Assembly: GCA_043812915.1 (NCBI GenBank)
Contig: JBDRLQ010000003.1
Location: 61,870 to 125,869, forward strand
DNA: 64,000 bases
DNA from: Candidatus Micrarchaeota archaeon
GTDB lineage: Archaea > Micrarchaeota > Micrarchaeia > Anstonellales > Bilamarchaeaceae
Direction of reading: 5' to 3'
Shown: positions 1 through 8,648 of the stretch, piece after piece
Numbering within the stretch: position 1 is the stretch's first letter
Layout: every line of letters starts with the position of its first letter
Translations under genes and position numbers: made by a program
Notes under the pieces: generated by a model
Databases searched by the model: none
What the model was told of the DNA's origin: nothing
Seen by the model: only the letters and a program-made list of their open reading frames with translations

Positions 1-438
1 CGGGCAACTGATGAATCTGCTAGCGTGATGGCTGACCTGCGTTCCGATTCTGATGCGAGGAGGACTGCTGAAGTGGTTGGCCAGGCGCCCGAGCCTGAGA
101 AAACACCTGCAAGGGCAAGGAGGCCTGAGCCTGAGAAGCACCCCGAGGACATGACAATTGATGAGCGGCGCGAGGCGAGGATGATTCGCGAGGAGCAGCA
201 GGCCGAATGGGCGCGCGCAAGGGACCAGAGGCGCGCCGAGCTCGAGGAAGAGCGGAGGAGGCAGGCTGTCGAGAAGCAGGCCGTTGCGAGGGCGCCGCCT
301 GTCAAGAGCCCGCCGCCAGCAGCAACGTCCGAGCCAACTCCTGAGGCAACCACAGAAAAGAGGGCAGAGGCTCCAAGGCCGAAGGAGAAGCGCCGCCGCA
401 GAAGGGGCACTGACGACGATGACGATTCGGAGGCCTGA
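1..438 (+). CDS. hypothetical protein, 5'-partial (charged, low-complexity C-terminus)
   Basis: Frame is open from the window start to the stop at 438. R/E/P-rich coiled-coil-like sequence; 6 nt from the next gene. Confidence 0.6.
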   Translation, partial: RATDESASVMADLRSDSDARRTAEVVGQAPEPEKTPARARRPEPEKHPEDMTIDERREARMIREEQQAEWARARDQRRAELEEERRRQAVEKQAVARAPPVKSPPPAATSEPTPEATTEKRAEAPRPKEKRRRRRGTDDDDDSEA

Positions 439-444
439 TAGCGA

Positions 445-777
445 ATGTCCAAATCCTGGGTGGAGGTCCTCAAATCAAAGCCGGTTCGAAGGCTGAAGAA
501 CCTGCTCACAATCGGCAATCTGTGGCTTTACATTTTGTCGCTTATCCGGAGCAAGGGCAAGGTGTATGCCTATGCGCTCGATGAGCAGATTGAGGAGGAA
601 TTTTTCTTCAGGCCCGGAAAGCCGATGATTTACCTTGTTTTATACAAGCTCGAATCAGAGAAGCTGATAAAATCCGAATATGAGGAGCGCAGGAAATATT
701 ATGCCATAACGAATAAGGGCGAGGAGGCCCTGGAGACAGCAAAGGATTATTTCAGCGTGCTATCAAAGAAACTGTAG
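445..777 (+). CDS. PadR family transcriptional regulator
   Basis: Winged-HTH pattern IYLVLYKLESEKLI...RRKYYAITNKG. Confidence 0.9.
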   Translation: MSKSWVEVLKSKPVRRLKNLLTIGNLWLYILSLIRSKGKVYAYALDEQIEEEFFFRPGKPMIYLVLYKLESEKLIKSEYEERRKYYAITNKGEEALETAKDYFSVLSKKL

Positions 778-787
778 GTGCATTTTT

Positions 788-1327
788 ATGAGGATTATCA
801 TTACCGGGGGGCCTGGGACCGGAAAGAGCGAAATCGCAAGGCTCCTTGCCAAGCAGCTTGACTATCCGCTGATAGACATCAAGAGGATTGTGAACGAGCG
901 CGGGATGTTCGAGAGCAGGGAGAATACCAAGATTGTTGATACCTCCCGCCTGAAGCGCACCCTTGACTCCATGCTCAAAACGAAGGAATGGTATGTTCTC
1001 GAGGGGCACCTTGCCTGCGAGGTGAAGCTGCCTGCCGATTACGTGTTCGTACTTCGCACCCATCCCCATGTGCTTGCGGATAGGCTCGCAAAGAGGAGGT
1101 ATCCGAAGAAGAAGCGGGAGGAGAACCTGCTCGCTGAGATGCTTGACTACTGCACACAGAGGGTGCAGAATGTATACGGGATTGAGCCGCTGGAGCTTGA
1201 TACTTCGGAGCGGAGCGCGGAAGGGAGCATGCACGAGCTGCTAAAAGCCCTGAGGAAAAAGAAGAAAAAGCTTGACGTAGTAGACTATTCCAGTGAACTT
1301 AAGGATTTCCTGAGGCTGAAACGATGA
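788..1327 (+). CDS. archaeal adenylate kinase (AK6/Fap7-like)
   Basis: Walker A ITGGPGTGKS; EGH motif; LADRLAKRRYP..K.REN..AE signature. Confidence 0.9.
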   Translation: MRIIITGGPGTGKSEIARLLAKQLDYPLIDIKRIVNERGMFESRENTKIVDTSRLKRTLDSMLKTKEWYVLEGHLACEVKLPADYVFVLRTHPHVLADRLAKRRYPKKKREENLLAEMLDYCTQRVQNVYGIEPLELDTSERSAEGSMHELLKALRKKKKKLDVVDYSSELKDFLRLKR

Positions 1328-1878
1328 CTAGCGAGAAGAGACTGATAGAAGCCGCGCTGTTTATAAGCGCGAGGCCGATGAAGCTTGAGGAGCTGCGCAC
1401 CCTGACCGGAATCGGCGCACTTGGTTACCTGAGGAAGACTTTGGAGAAGCTCAGGGACGACTATGCCCAGATGGAGAGCGCGATAGAGATTATCGAGATG
1501 GACGGCAGGTATGAGATGCGCGTCCGCTCTGAATATACCGGCCAGGTCAGGCAGTTTGCGCAGGATGCTGAAATCAGCAAGGCGGCCCTCCGGACCCTCG
1601 CATACATCGCCAAGAATGATGGCGTTCTCAAATCCTTATTGGCAAAGAAAATCGGCTCTTCCGTATATCAGGATGTCAAAGAACTGGCTGAAGCCGGATT
1701 CGTCAAGCCAAAGAAGGCCGGCAGGAGCTCCAAGCTTTTCCTGACCGAGAAGTTCAAGAGATATTTCGAAATGAAGAAGGGAGCGCCCACTTCAGTTCCA
1801 GTTTCGCTGGATGATGGGCCGCTGGAAGTTACTGAGCCGGAGCCTGAAGATTCGGAAGGGGCGCCACCTGAAGAATAG
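1324..1878 (+). CDS. scpB: SMC-Scp complex subunit ScpB
   Basis: IEAALFIS..PM, ISKAALRTLAYIA and LFLTEKFKRYF motifs; acidic tail. Confidence 0.88.
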   Translation: MTSEKRLIEAALFISARPMKLEELRTLTGIGALGYLRKTLEKLRDDYAQMESAIEIIEMDGRYEMRVRSEYTGQVRQFAQDAEISKAALRTLAYIAKNDGVLKSLLAKKIGSSVYQDVKELAEAGFVKPKKAGRSSKLFLTEKFKRYFEMKKGAPTSVPVSLDDGPLEVTEPEPEDSEGAPPEE

Positions 1879-1943
1879 GCCGAACCGTGCCGGCAACCTC
1901 ATTTTTCATCTGCCCCTGGCGCTCTTGTTTTTTTTAAAAAAGA

Positions 1944-2025
1944 CGCCGAGAGCAGGATTTGAACCTGCAATCCCGGAGGGACCGGTTTTCAAGACCGGCG
2001 CACTACCAGATTATGCGATCTCGGC
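1944..2025 (-). tRNA. tRNA-Ser(UGA), no encoded CCA, no intron
   Basis: Reverse complement GCCGAGA...CCGGT-CTTGAAA-ACCGG, long variable arm, GCAGGTTCAAATCCTGC, TCTCGGC-G. Confidence 0.95.
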
Positions 2026-2114
2026 AAAAGAAAGCGTATCTCTAACTGCGCGAACTTTTTTTATTCCCTTCGCTCGAGCGCACTCCTGGATATATGCGCC
2101 CCTCCCCGGTTAAT

Positions 2115-2167
2115 GTAAAGTTTTATATACTTTTTGTTAAATATACTTTACGTAAAGAAAACTTTAC
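2115..2167. promoter_or_regulatory. three 16-bp palindromic operator-like sites (GTAAAG-N4-CTTTAC) overlapping a TATA-like box
   Basis: GTAAAGTTTTATATAC (2115), GTTAAATATACTTTAC (2136) and GTAAAGAAAACTTTAC (2152), upstream of a membrane protein + XRE-HTH pair. Confidence 0.7.
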
Positions 2168-2180
2168 TTCGGTGATTGCA

Positions 2181-2621
2181 ATGATTGGAAAACCGGAATG
2201 GTTCACAACAAGGAAATTCGGATGGGGCCTTGGGATTCGGTCAAAGGAGGGGATTATCTATATCGCAGCGGCCCTGGCGATAGTATTTGCGCTAGCCGTT
2301 CTTCCTCTTGATGGCACTGTGAGGCTGGCCGTAATGGCGCTCGTTATAGGAGCCCTTCTGGTGGATACCCTCCACATAATGGTGCAGATATATTCCAAGC
2401 TTGACGAAAGGGAGCAGAGGCACCAGATGCTGGCCGAGACAAACGCCGCGTATGTCGGGGTAATAGGCATCGCCCTTTACATCGTCTACCTGATAGTGGA
2501 CGCCGGCCTTAAGGATGGCCCTCCGGACCCATCGGTTATTATGCCCCTGGCTGCGATACTAATCCTGATGTCTGTGGCAAAGGGAGGGACATTCCTCTAT
2601 CTATGGCGCGGTGGGCACTGA
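2181..2621 (+). CDS. small multi-pass membrane protein (DUF2178-like)
   Basis: About 4 TM segments with an internal DERE motif; start reassigned to ATG 2181 after GGTGA; coupled to the HTH gene. Confidence 0.7.
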   Translation: MIGKPEWFTTRKFGWGLGIRSKEGIIYIAAALAIVFALAVLPLDGTVRLAVMALVIGALLVDTLHIMVQIYSKLDEREQRHQMLAETNAAYVGVIGIALYIVYLIVDAGLKDGPPDPSVIMPLAAILILMSVAKGGTFLYLWRGGH

Positions 2622-2809
2622 TGAAAAACAGGCTAAAGGAACTGCGGGCAAGGGATTCACTCACCCAGGAAGAACTGGCTTCGAAAGTGGGGGTCAGCCG
2701 GCAGACCATAATAGCTATAGAGAATGGGAAGTACGACCCTTCCCTTTCCCTCGCTTTCAGGATTTCCAGGGTGTTCAAGGAGAGGATAGAGGGGATTTTC
2801 CAGTACTGA
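2621..2809 (+). CDS. XRE-family helix-turn-helix regulator
   Basis: MKNRLKELR...[26 protein letters not shown]; TGATG overlap with the upstream gene. Confidence 0.93.
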   Translation: MKNRLKELRARDSLTQEELASKVGVSRQTIIAIENGKYDPSLSLAFRISRVFKERIEGIFQY

Positions 2810-2848
2810 CCAGCGAGCTTTTATTCACTTCGCTGCTTCTTTTTCCTC

Positions 2849-4117
2849 ATGTCGGTAACTATAGTTCTTGGTCTTCAGTGGGGCGACGAGGGGAAAGGGA
2901 AAATTGTCGACCTGTTCGCAGAAAAATATGATTATATAGTCAGGTTCAATGGCGGGGACAATGCTGGGCACACGGTGATAAAAGGGGATGAGGAATTCAA
3001 GCTCCATCTAACCCCCTCAGGCGTTTTCTATCCGGAAAAAACGAAGATAATCGGAAATGGCGTCGTGGTAAATCCAGAAACTTTCGTCAAAGAGATTGAG
3101 ATGATAGAAAAGCGCGGATACTCCATGCAGAACCTTTATGTCAGCTCATGCGCCAACCTGATACTCCCCTGGCACAGCGCGATGGATGGCGCCCTGGACA
3201 AGTCAGGGAAAATCGGGACAACGAAGAAGGGGATAGGCCCGGCGTATTCGGACAAGGCTTCAAGGACTTTCGCCCTCCGGGTTATGGACCTGCTTCTTCC
3301 CGAGAAGGAGCTTGTGGCTAAAGTGAAGAAAATCGCAGAGCACAAGAAGAGGCTCTTTGCTGCGTTCGGCTATCCTGATTTCGATACGGATGAGATTATC
3401 AAGAACCTACTCGAATATGCCAAGAAAATCAGGCCGCACATTAAGGACACGCAGTTCATGCTGAACGAAGCGGCATCGAAGATTGAGAAAAAAGTGCTTC
3501 TGGAAGGTGCGCAGGGCGCCCTTCTGGACATCGACCATGGCACATTCCCGTATGTCACTTCCTCCAATGTCACGGCAGGCGCCGCGTGCACTGGGACAGG
3601 AATCCCTCCCGAGTGGGTTGGTCGTGTTGCCGGAATCACGAAGGCATACACTACCAGGGTCGGTGAAGGGCCATTCCCGACCGAGCTGAAGGACAAGGCG
3701 GGCGATGAGCTCAGGAAAGCCGGAAACGAGTTCGGGACAACGACCGGCAGGCCCAGAAGGTGCGGCTGGCTGGACCTGGTCCTGCTCCGCTACACCTGCA
3801 TGATTAATGGTGTCACCGAGATTGTGCTGACCAAAGTTGACGTTTTATCCGGGCTGAAGGAAATCAAGGTCTGCACCGCTTATGAGATTGATGGCAAAAA
3901 AGTGAAGAACTGGCCACTCCAGATAGAGAAGCTGGAGGAGGCAAAGCCTGTTTATGAAACCCTTCCTGGCTGGAGCGGCGACATCTCAAAAGTGCGGGAC
4001 ATGGACCTGCTTCCTGAGAATGCGAAGAGATATGTCAGGTATATCGAGAAAGCCCTTGGGATAAACGTGAGTATAGTCTCGGTCGGACCAAAGAGGGATG
4101 ATACAATAACTGCCTAG
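2849..4117 (+). CDS. purA: adenylosuccinate synthetase
   Basis: QWGDEGKGK, GGDNAGHT, IGTTKKGIGPAY, EFGTTTGRPRRCGW. Confidence 0.98.
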   Translation: MSVTIVLGLQWGDEGKGKIVDLFAEKYDYIVRFNGGDNAGHTVIKGDEEFKLHLTPSGVFYPEKTKIIGNGVVVNPETFVKEIEMIEKRGYSMQNLYVSSCANLILPWHSAMDGALDKSGKIGTTKKGIGPAYSDKASRTFALRVMDLLLPEKELVAKVKKIAEHKKRLFAAFGYPDFDTDEIIKNLLEYAKKIRPHIKDTQFMLNEAASKIEKKVLLEGAQGALLDIDHGTFPYVTSSNVTAGAACTGTGIPPEWVGRVAGITKAYTTRVGEGPFPTELKDKAGDELRKAGNEFGTTTGRPRRCGWLDLVLLRYTCMINGVTEIVLTKVDVLSGLKEIKVCTAYEIDGKKVKNWPLQIEKLEEAKPVYETLPGWSGDISKVRDMDLLPENAKRYVRYIEKALGINVSIVSVGPKRDDTITA

Positions 4118-5061
4118 GCGCTCCTGCTGATAAAAACATCGATGCATTTCTGCAGGACTTCCTCGGTGTGCGCTTTCACTGACGCGCCGGCCGCCTTCGC
4201 GTGGCCGCCGCCGGCTCCGCCAAGCTCTTTTCCTACCTGCGCCAGAACCTCATTCAGGGGAATGTGGACGTGCTTTCTCGCTCTTGCAGACACCCTGCAC
4301 TCCTGTTCCCTGTCCTTCCAGCTCGCCACGAAAGCGACATCTGCTGCCTCTGAAATCAGCGCCGCGGCATCGCTCTCATTGCTTCCGACCTCGCTTGTGG
4401 CTATTATATAGCCTCCTGCGAACACTGTCTGCACTCTGGAGAACGCCTTAAGAACCGCAATCTTCGCCTCCGCCTTCATCTCGGGTTCGGCAATAATCAG
4501 CATGTCCCTGTACTGCCTTCCAGATTTCTCCATAAGGGGTCCGAGTGTGCTGAATGTATTGGCGCGGGCGGACTTGAACCTGGCGCCGTCAGAGATTATC
4601 GCGACGCACAGGGCAAATGCGGTATCAGAATCAATTTCCCCAACCAGGGGAGCAATCAGCTCCGCAGTTGATGGCGAGTGCATGTCTATTATGTTGAACT
4701 CGGCCTTCAGGTCCCTGCCGGTATCCTGGTGATGGTCGATAATAAGAAGCAGTTTCCAGCCTTTGGCCTCCGGGACAAGGGTGGACGAGCTGGTGTCAAC
4801 GAGCACCAGGCCCTCATAGTTCCCTTTGTTCAGCGAGGATAATTCCCTTGGCTTCACGCCAAGTTTCCCATTGAGCTGCCTGGCAGCCTCATTCATCTCC
4901 TCGCCCACACAGAGTTCAGACTTGGGAAAGATCTTGCTGAGAGCAAAAGCAGAGGCCAGGCCGTCTGGATCGGCCTTGCCGTGTGTTGTTATTACGAACT
5001 TCTTGTCTTTGTATTGCGCCAGGAATTCCTGGAAAACGGAGAGCGCCTCACTTCTTTTCAT
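4114..5061 (-). CDS. DHH/DHHA1 phosphoesterase
   Basis: H..ADPD, IIDHH and GGGHAKAAG motifs; conserved position in the exosome superoperon. Confidence 0.92.
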   Translation of the reverse strand: MKRSEALSVFQEFLAQYKDKKFVITTHGKADPDGLASAFALSKIFPKSELCVGEEMNEAARQLNGKLGVKPRELSSLNKGNYEGLVLVDTSSSTLVPEAKGWKLLLIIDHHQDTGRDLKAEFNIIDMHSPSTAELIAPLVGEIDSDTAFALCVAIISDGARFKSARANTFSTLGPLMEKSGRQYRDMLIIAEPEMKAEAKIAVLKAFSRVQTVFAGGYIIATSEVGSNESDAAALISEAADVAFVASWKDREQECRVSARARKHVHIPLNEVLAQVGKELGGAGGGHAKAAGASVKAHTEEVLQKCIDVFISRSA

Positions 5062-5398
5062 GGCTTTTCAGGCTCTCCTGTATTTTCTTCTGTCTGTCCA
5101 TTACGATGCCGCGCAGTTTCTCCTCCTGCTTCTCAAGGGCGCCGAGCTTGACCTTAATAAGTTCTGACCTCTCGTTTAGCTCTTTCTCGGCATCTCCCTT
5201 GCTGCTCTGCATCATGATTGAGCCGATTGAGCGGTAAATGTTGCCATCTGCCTTCTTGAGCTCTTCGGTTGCATGCTTGACCTCGTTTGACTGTATCTGA
5301 AGCTGGTGCTTCTGGATGAGCAGCACCTCGAGCTGCTTTTCAAGATTCTCATATTCAATCAGTTCCCTGTTCAAATCCTGTTCTTCCTTCCTCATCAT
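5048..5398 (-). CDS. pfdB: prefoldin beta subunit
   Basis: Coiled coil with IYRSIGSIMM hairpin; conserved gene context. Confidence 0.9.
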   Translation of the reverse strand: MMRKEEQDLNRELIEYENLEKQLEVLLIQKHQLQIQSNEVKHATEELKKADGNIYRSIGSIMMQSSKGDAEKELNERSELIKVKLGALEKQEEKLRGIVMDRQKKIQESLKSHEKK

Positions 5399-5411
5399 AT
5401 CGACCTCTGGA

Positions 5412-5678
5412 TTATTTCATGTCTATCTCGACCGACTCGAATACCTGCAAGGCGCGCAGGAAGCCGTTGACGGTCGCGCGGAATGACGCGGTGTCATCCG
5501 CCTTAATCGTTATCTTTATCGAATCATTCTCAAGGGCAGTTTCCGAGCGGCACCTCTTGCTGATGTTCCCCTCGCCACCGAGCGACCTGTTGGCGGCGGC
5601 TGCGGCACTCCTGTCCGCGAACCTGAAGACCATCTGCGCCTCAGCGCTCAGAGCTCCTTTTTTCCCTTCCACTTCCAA
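5412..5678 (-). CDS. pcc1: KEOPS complex subunit Pcc1
   Basis: ITIKADDTASFRATVNGFLR signature; position upstream of pfdB. Confidence 0.85.
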   Translation of the reverse strand: MEVEGKKGALSAEAQMVFRFADRSAAAAANRSLGGEGNISKRCRSETALENDSIKITIKADDTASFRATVNGFLRALQVFESVEIDMK

Positions 5679-5896
5679 CCCCCTGTTCCAAGAACTTCCA
5701 GGCGGGAGAGCGTCGAGGGGATCTTTCCCTTCTCACCGATTATGGAGATGCTCTCCTCCCCGCGCCTCCTTGCCAGCAGCACCAGATCCCTGACGGTCTT
5801 CTTGCCCCGGCTTAGATAAATCTCTCCGTTATCCCCGGAGAGCCTTCTTGCCAGCCGGCGCGTCTCAAGCGAAGCATACCTGCTGGTGGTGTACAT
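5648..5896 (-). CDS. short Brix/Imp4-like ribosome biogenesis protein
   Basis: MYTTSR..S..TRRLAR.L...Y.SRGKKT motif; start reassigned to ATG 5896. Confidence 0.8.
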   Translation of the reverse strand: MYTTSRYASLETRRLARRLSGDNGEIYLSRGKKTVRDLVLLARRRGEESISIIGEKGKIPSTLSRLEVLGTGGWKWKGKKEL

Positions 5897-5897
5897 T

Positions 5898-6041
5898 TTA
5901 GTCGGTCCGCACTTCCTTTGCAATCGGAGGCCTTGTCTTGAGGAGGATCTTCGCTCCCGATGACGGGAATGCGAATGCCTTGTCCTTGCTGGCAATAACG
6001 GCGGCACCTGTCTTGAAATCCTTATATTCTCCCATATCCAT
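5898..6041 (-). CDS. rpoP: RNA polymerase subunit Rpo12 (P), cysteine-free variant; not in ORF track
   Basis: Manual translation MDMGEYKDFKTGAAVIASKDKAFAFPSSGAKILLKTRPPIAKEVRTD. The C-terminal GAKILLKTRPP..K.V matches Rpo12; canonical slot between rpl37ae and Brix; GAGGT RBS. Confidence 0.82.
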   Translation of the reverse strand: MDMGEYKDFKTGAAVIASKDKAFAFPSSGAKILLKTRPPIAKEVRTD

Positions 6042-6045
6042 TACC

Positions 6046-6303
6046 TCATGAGGATGAATCGTACTCATTGATGGTCCTGGCGACTATTTCGCCGACCTCG
6101 GTGCGAAGCGCGTATGTCCCCCCGGCGAACTGCGCGCCGCATGATTTGGCCTGGCATGTCCATATGGAGTTGCCCTCCCTCTTCACAGAGTGCTTGCCGC
6201 ACTTGGGGCATTCATACCTCTTGTTCTTCGAGTCGATGGCCTTCCTTGCGAGCTTCCTGTTGCTTGCTCCGAATCTAGGCGTTCTTAATGTCACATTACT
6301 CAC
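6046..6303 (-). CDS. rpl37ae: 50S ribosomal protein L37ae
   Basis: RFGAS.RK, YECPKCG..SVKR...IW.C...CG..FAGG.Y. Confidence 0.95.
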   Translation of the reverse strand: MSNVTLRTPRFGASNRKLARKAIDSKNKRYECPKCGKHSVKREGNSIWTCQAKSCGAQFAGGTYALRTEVGEIVARTINEYDSSS

Positions 6304-7097
6304 CCTTGCACTATTTTTCTTTGTTCATTGCCTTTATTAAAGGCGGTGTCAATATTGGCCATAAGTTCTTCCCGCGTCAGTGAGCCCTTGCTCTTCTGGG
6401 CGGCGCACACATGTTCCTCCGTAGTCGCGATGGTGATGCTGCTGTCTTTCACCAGCTCCTCATCCCTCGTCGGGTCGACAAGCCAGTGGCCGCCGACGTT
6501 CACGAACGTGGTTGAGAATGGAAGCGCCTTCAGGTTGAGAGCCCCGATGTACTCGCCGCGAACAATCTTTCCGTCCTCCACCTTGGGGACCTGCGTGTCC
6601 ATTAGCGCAGCTGTCGCCGCCATGGTGGATGCATCCGTGTAGTTCCCCGCGTGGTTGAGCACATAGAGGTCAATGAATAACCCGAGCACCTTGTCCTCCT
6701 CGATATAGAAGCTCTCGAGGTCGATGATTTCAGCGCTTCTAATTGCCCGATCGACAACTCTGGCAAGCTCGATTGCGTCCTCTCTAGGCGGGCCGGTCTC
6801 GAAAATCGGCGAAGCCAGCGGGAGAAGCTCCGAGTTGGTCATGAAAACTCCCAGGTTCGGCCTGTCCGGGAATGGGGTCATGATATCGAACTTCACTGCC
6901 GCAAGGACCTGCGTCTGCCCTATGTTCGCAAGCGCGGAACCCTCGGCGGTCGTGATGACTCCTTTGTGGACCTCTGCGGGCCTCATTTCATCCAGTGCCC
7001 TGCCGTCATACCTCTTTCCCTGCGCTAGGGTATTGAGCATGACGTCCTTCCTGACGTTTGCCATGATTAAATCCTTTGTTTCTGACATGAATACCAC
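6300..7097 (-). CDS. rrp42: exosome complex component Rrp42
   Basis: GKRYDGR, AEGSA, FETGPP.E.AIELARVVDRAIR. Confidence 0.95.
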   Translation of the reverse strand: MVFMSETKDLIMANVRKDVMLNTLAQGKRYDGRALDEMRPAEVHKGVITTAEGSALANIGQTQVLAAVKFDIMTPFPDRPNLGVFMTNSELLPLASPIFETGPPREDAIELARVVDRAIRSAEIIDLESFYIEEDKVLGLFIDLYVLNHAGNYTDASTMAATAALMDTQVPKVEDGKIVRGEYIGALNLKALPFSTTFVNVGGHWLVDPTRDEELVKDSSITIATTEEHVCAAQKSKGSLTREELMANIDTAFNKGNEQRKIVQG

Positions 7098-7832
7098 CTA
7101 AAGACTGAAGGGCTTCTTGCCCTCCTCATAAAACTTCCTCAGAGCCGCTTCCTGCTTCTCATGGACCATCTCCGAGCTCCTTTCTGCCATGTCCAATGCG
7201 TCGGAGATTTCCTGCTTAGTTAGCAGCCCGTCCATCTGGAAAAGAAGCACTTTCTTGTCCCTGTGGGAAAACGCCAGCGGCATATCAGACTGCCCAGCGT
7301 TGTCCTCATACTTCGAGAGGTCCGAGAGCAGCACGCCATCCGCCTTTCCGACCGCAACTGCAGAGACCATATCCCTCATCGGGATGCCTGCGTTTGCAAG
7401 GGCAACTGCGGCCGCTGCTACTGAAGCGGTCCTTGTTCCGCCGTCTGCCTGCAGCACATCAATGAAGATATCGATCTGCGTGTTCGGAAACTTCTCAAGG
7501 AGAACAACGTTCTCGAAAGCCTCCTTGATTACCTTGGAGAGCTCGGTGCTCCTCCTTGAGGGCCCGCTCCTTCCATGCTCCTCCATAGAAGCGAATGGGG
7601 ACATCATATACCTGCACTTGAGCACCGCCTGGTATGGGCTTGCCCCGTGCCTTGGTATGCACTCTCTTGGTCCGTGGACACCGCAGACAATCTTGTTTCC
7701 TCCCCATTCGACGAATGCGGAGCCGTCTGCCTCTGGTATGACGCCTGCCTCAATCCTTAGGGGGCGAAGCTCCTCCGGAGTCCGGCCATCAAGCCTCTTT
7801 CCATCGATTATCAGCTTGTCAATTTCAGCCAT
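7098..7832 (-). CDS. rrp41: exosome complex exonuclease Rrp41
   Basis: RLDGR..ELRP, GPSRRSTE, QADGGTR, DMP.A. Confidence 0.96.
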   Translation of the reverse strand: MAEIDKLIIDGKRLDGRTPEELRPLRIEAGVIPEADGSAFVEWGGNKIVCGVHGPRECIPRHGASPYQAVLKCRYMMSPFASMEEHGRSGPSRRSTELSKVIKEAFENVVLLEKFPNTQIDIFIDVLQADGGTRTASVAAAAVALANAGIPMRDMVSAVAVGKADGVLLSDLSKYEDNAGQSDMPLAFSHRDKKVLLFQMDGLLTKQEISDALDMAERSSEMVHEKQEAALRKFYEEGKKPFSL

Positions 7833-8487
7833 TCATTTCACCTTCTTCAAAATTCTCTTCTTCAGCCATCTCTGGCATTGTCCTTCCGGTCGTCGTCTCC
7901 AGGAGTTCTTTCACCCTGTCGGTCAGGCCGGATGTGTGCGCCTGCACTTCGATAAGATCTATCGTCTTCAGGAGCAGGGGGATATCGCATTTCTCGCTCA
8001 TCCAGACATAGCCGTTGTTTCCGACGACGATGTCCCCACCGACGAATTCTTTTAGCATGTTGATCATGCTGCTCTTCCTTCCGATGAGCCGTGGCACCTT
8101 CGCCGCGGGGAAAGCGATAATCTTTCCCTTTGGAAGCCTCCTTACTTCAGAGAGCTCCACATCCCTCGTCTCGGTGACTTCCCTGATTTTGCACACAACG
8201 AAGTCCCCGTAATCCAGCTTGATTTTCATCATCCTGGTGGATATGAACCCTCCCTCAGGGAGGTTGAGGTCCACTTCGTAGCCCGCATGCCGGACGTCAG
8301 TCACCATGCCGACCACTATGTCGCCCATGGAGGGGCCGTAGCGGTTCTCCAGCGCAATATACCTTCCCTTGTCATCGAGCATGCCGATGACTGCCGCATA
8401 GGTTGAATCGCCGTCGATATACGTGTTCGGCGCCCTGATTCTGCCTTCGGCTATTTTTTCTCCTGGCAATACTATTCTTTTATCCAT
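7825..8487 (-). CDS. rrp4: exosome RNA-binding protein Rrp4
   Basis: IVLPGE, S1 domain, KH motif KVPRLIGRK.SMI, VGNNGYVW. Confidence 0.95.
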   Translation of the reverse strand: MDKRIVLPGEKIAEGRIRAPNTYIDGDSTYAAVIGMLDDKGRYIALENRYGPSMGDIVVGMVTDVRHAGYEVDLNLPEGGFISTRMMKIKLDYGDFVVCKIREVTETRDVELSEVRRLPKGKIIAFPAAKVPRLIGRKSSMINMLKEFVGGDIVVGNNGYVWMSEKCDIPLLLKTIDLIEVQAHTSGLTDRVKELLETTTGRTMPEMAEEENFEEGEMNG

Positions 8488-8648
8488 TAATACACCTCGA
8501 GTCTGTGATAGAGGTAGTCCTCGCTTTGTTTGTCTTAAGTACAGAATATAGCATCAAAATTCTCTCGCTATCTTCTCTCTCCAGACATAAATACATAAAG
8601 AAAAGTTTAAAAATCAGCCATTAGCGGCGGAATGAGCCAAATTCGCCT

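Noticed and set aside
1944-2025. tRNA as an integration site for an island
   Set aside because: No integrase nearby, and I saw no duplicated tRNA 3' end in the window.
7189-8055. 288-aa plus-strand ORF (and the similar 294-aa ORF at 18934-19818)
   Set aside because: Antisense to the clearly identified rrp41/rrp4 and lonB genes.
8488-8648. Long leader upstream of rrp4 as a riboswitch or uORF
   Set aside because: Only a 6-codon ORF and no convincing secondary structure.
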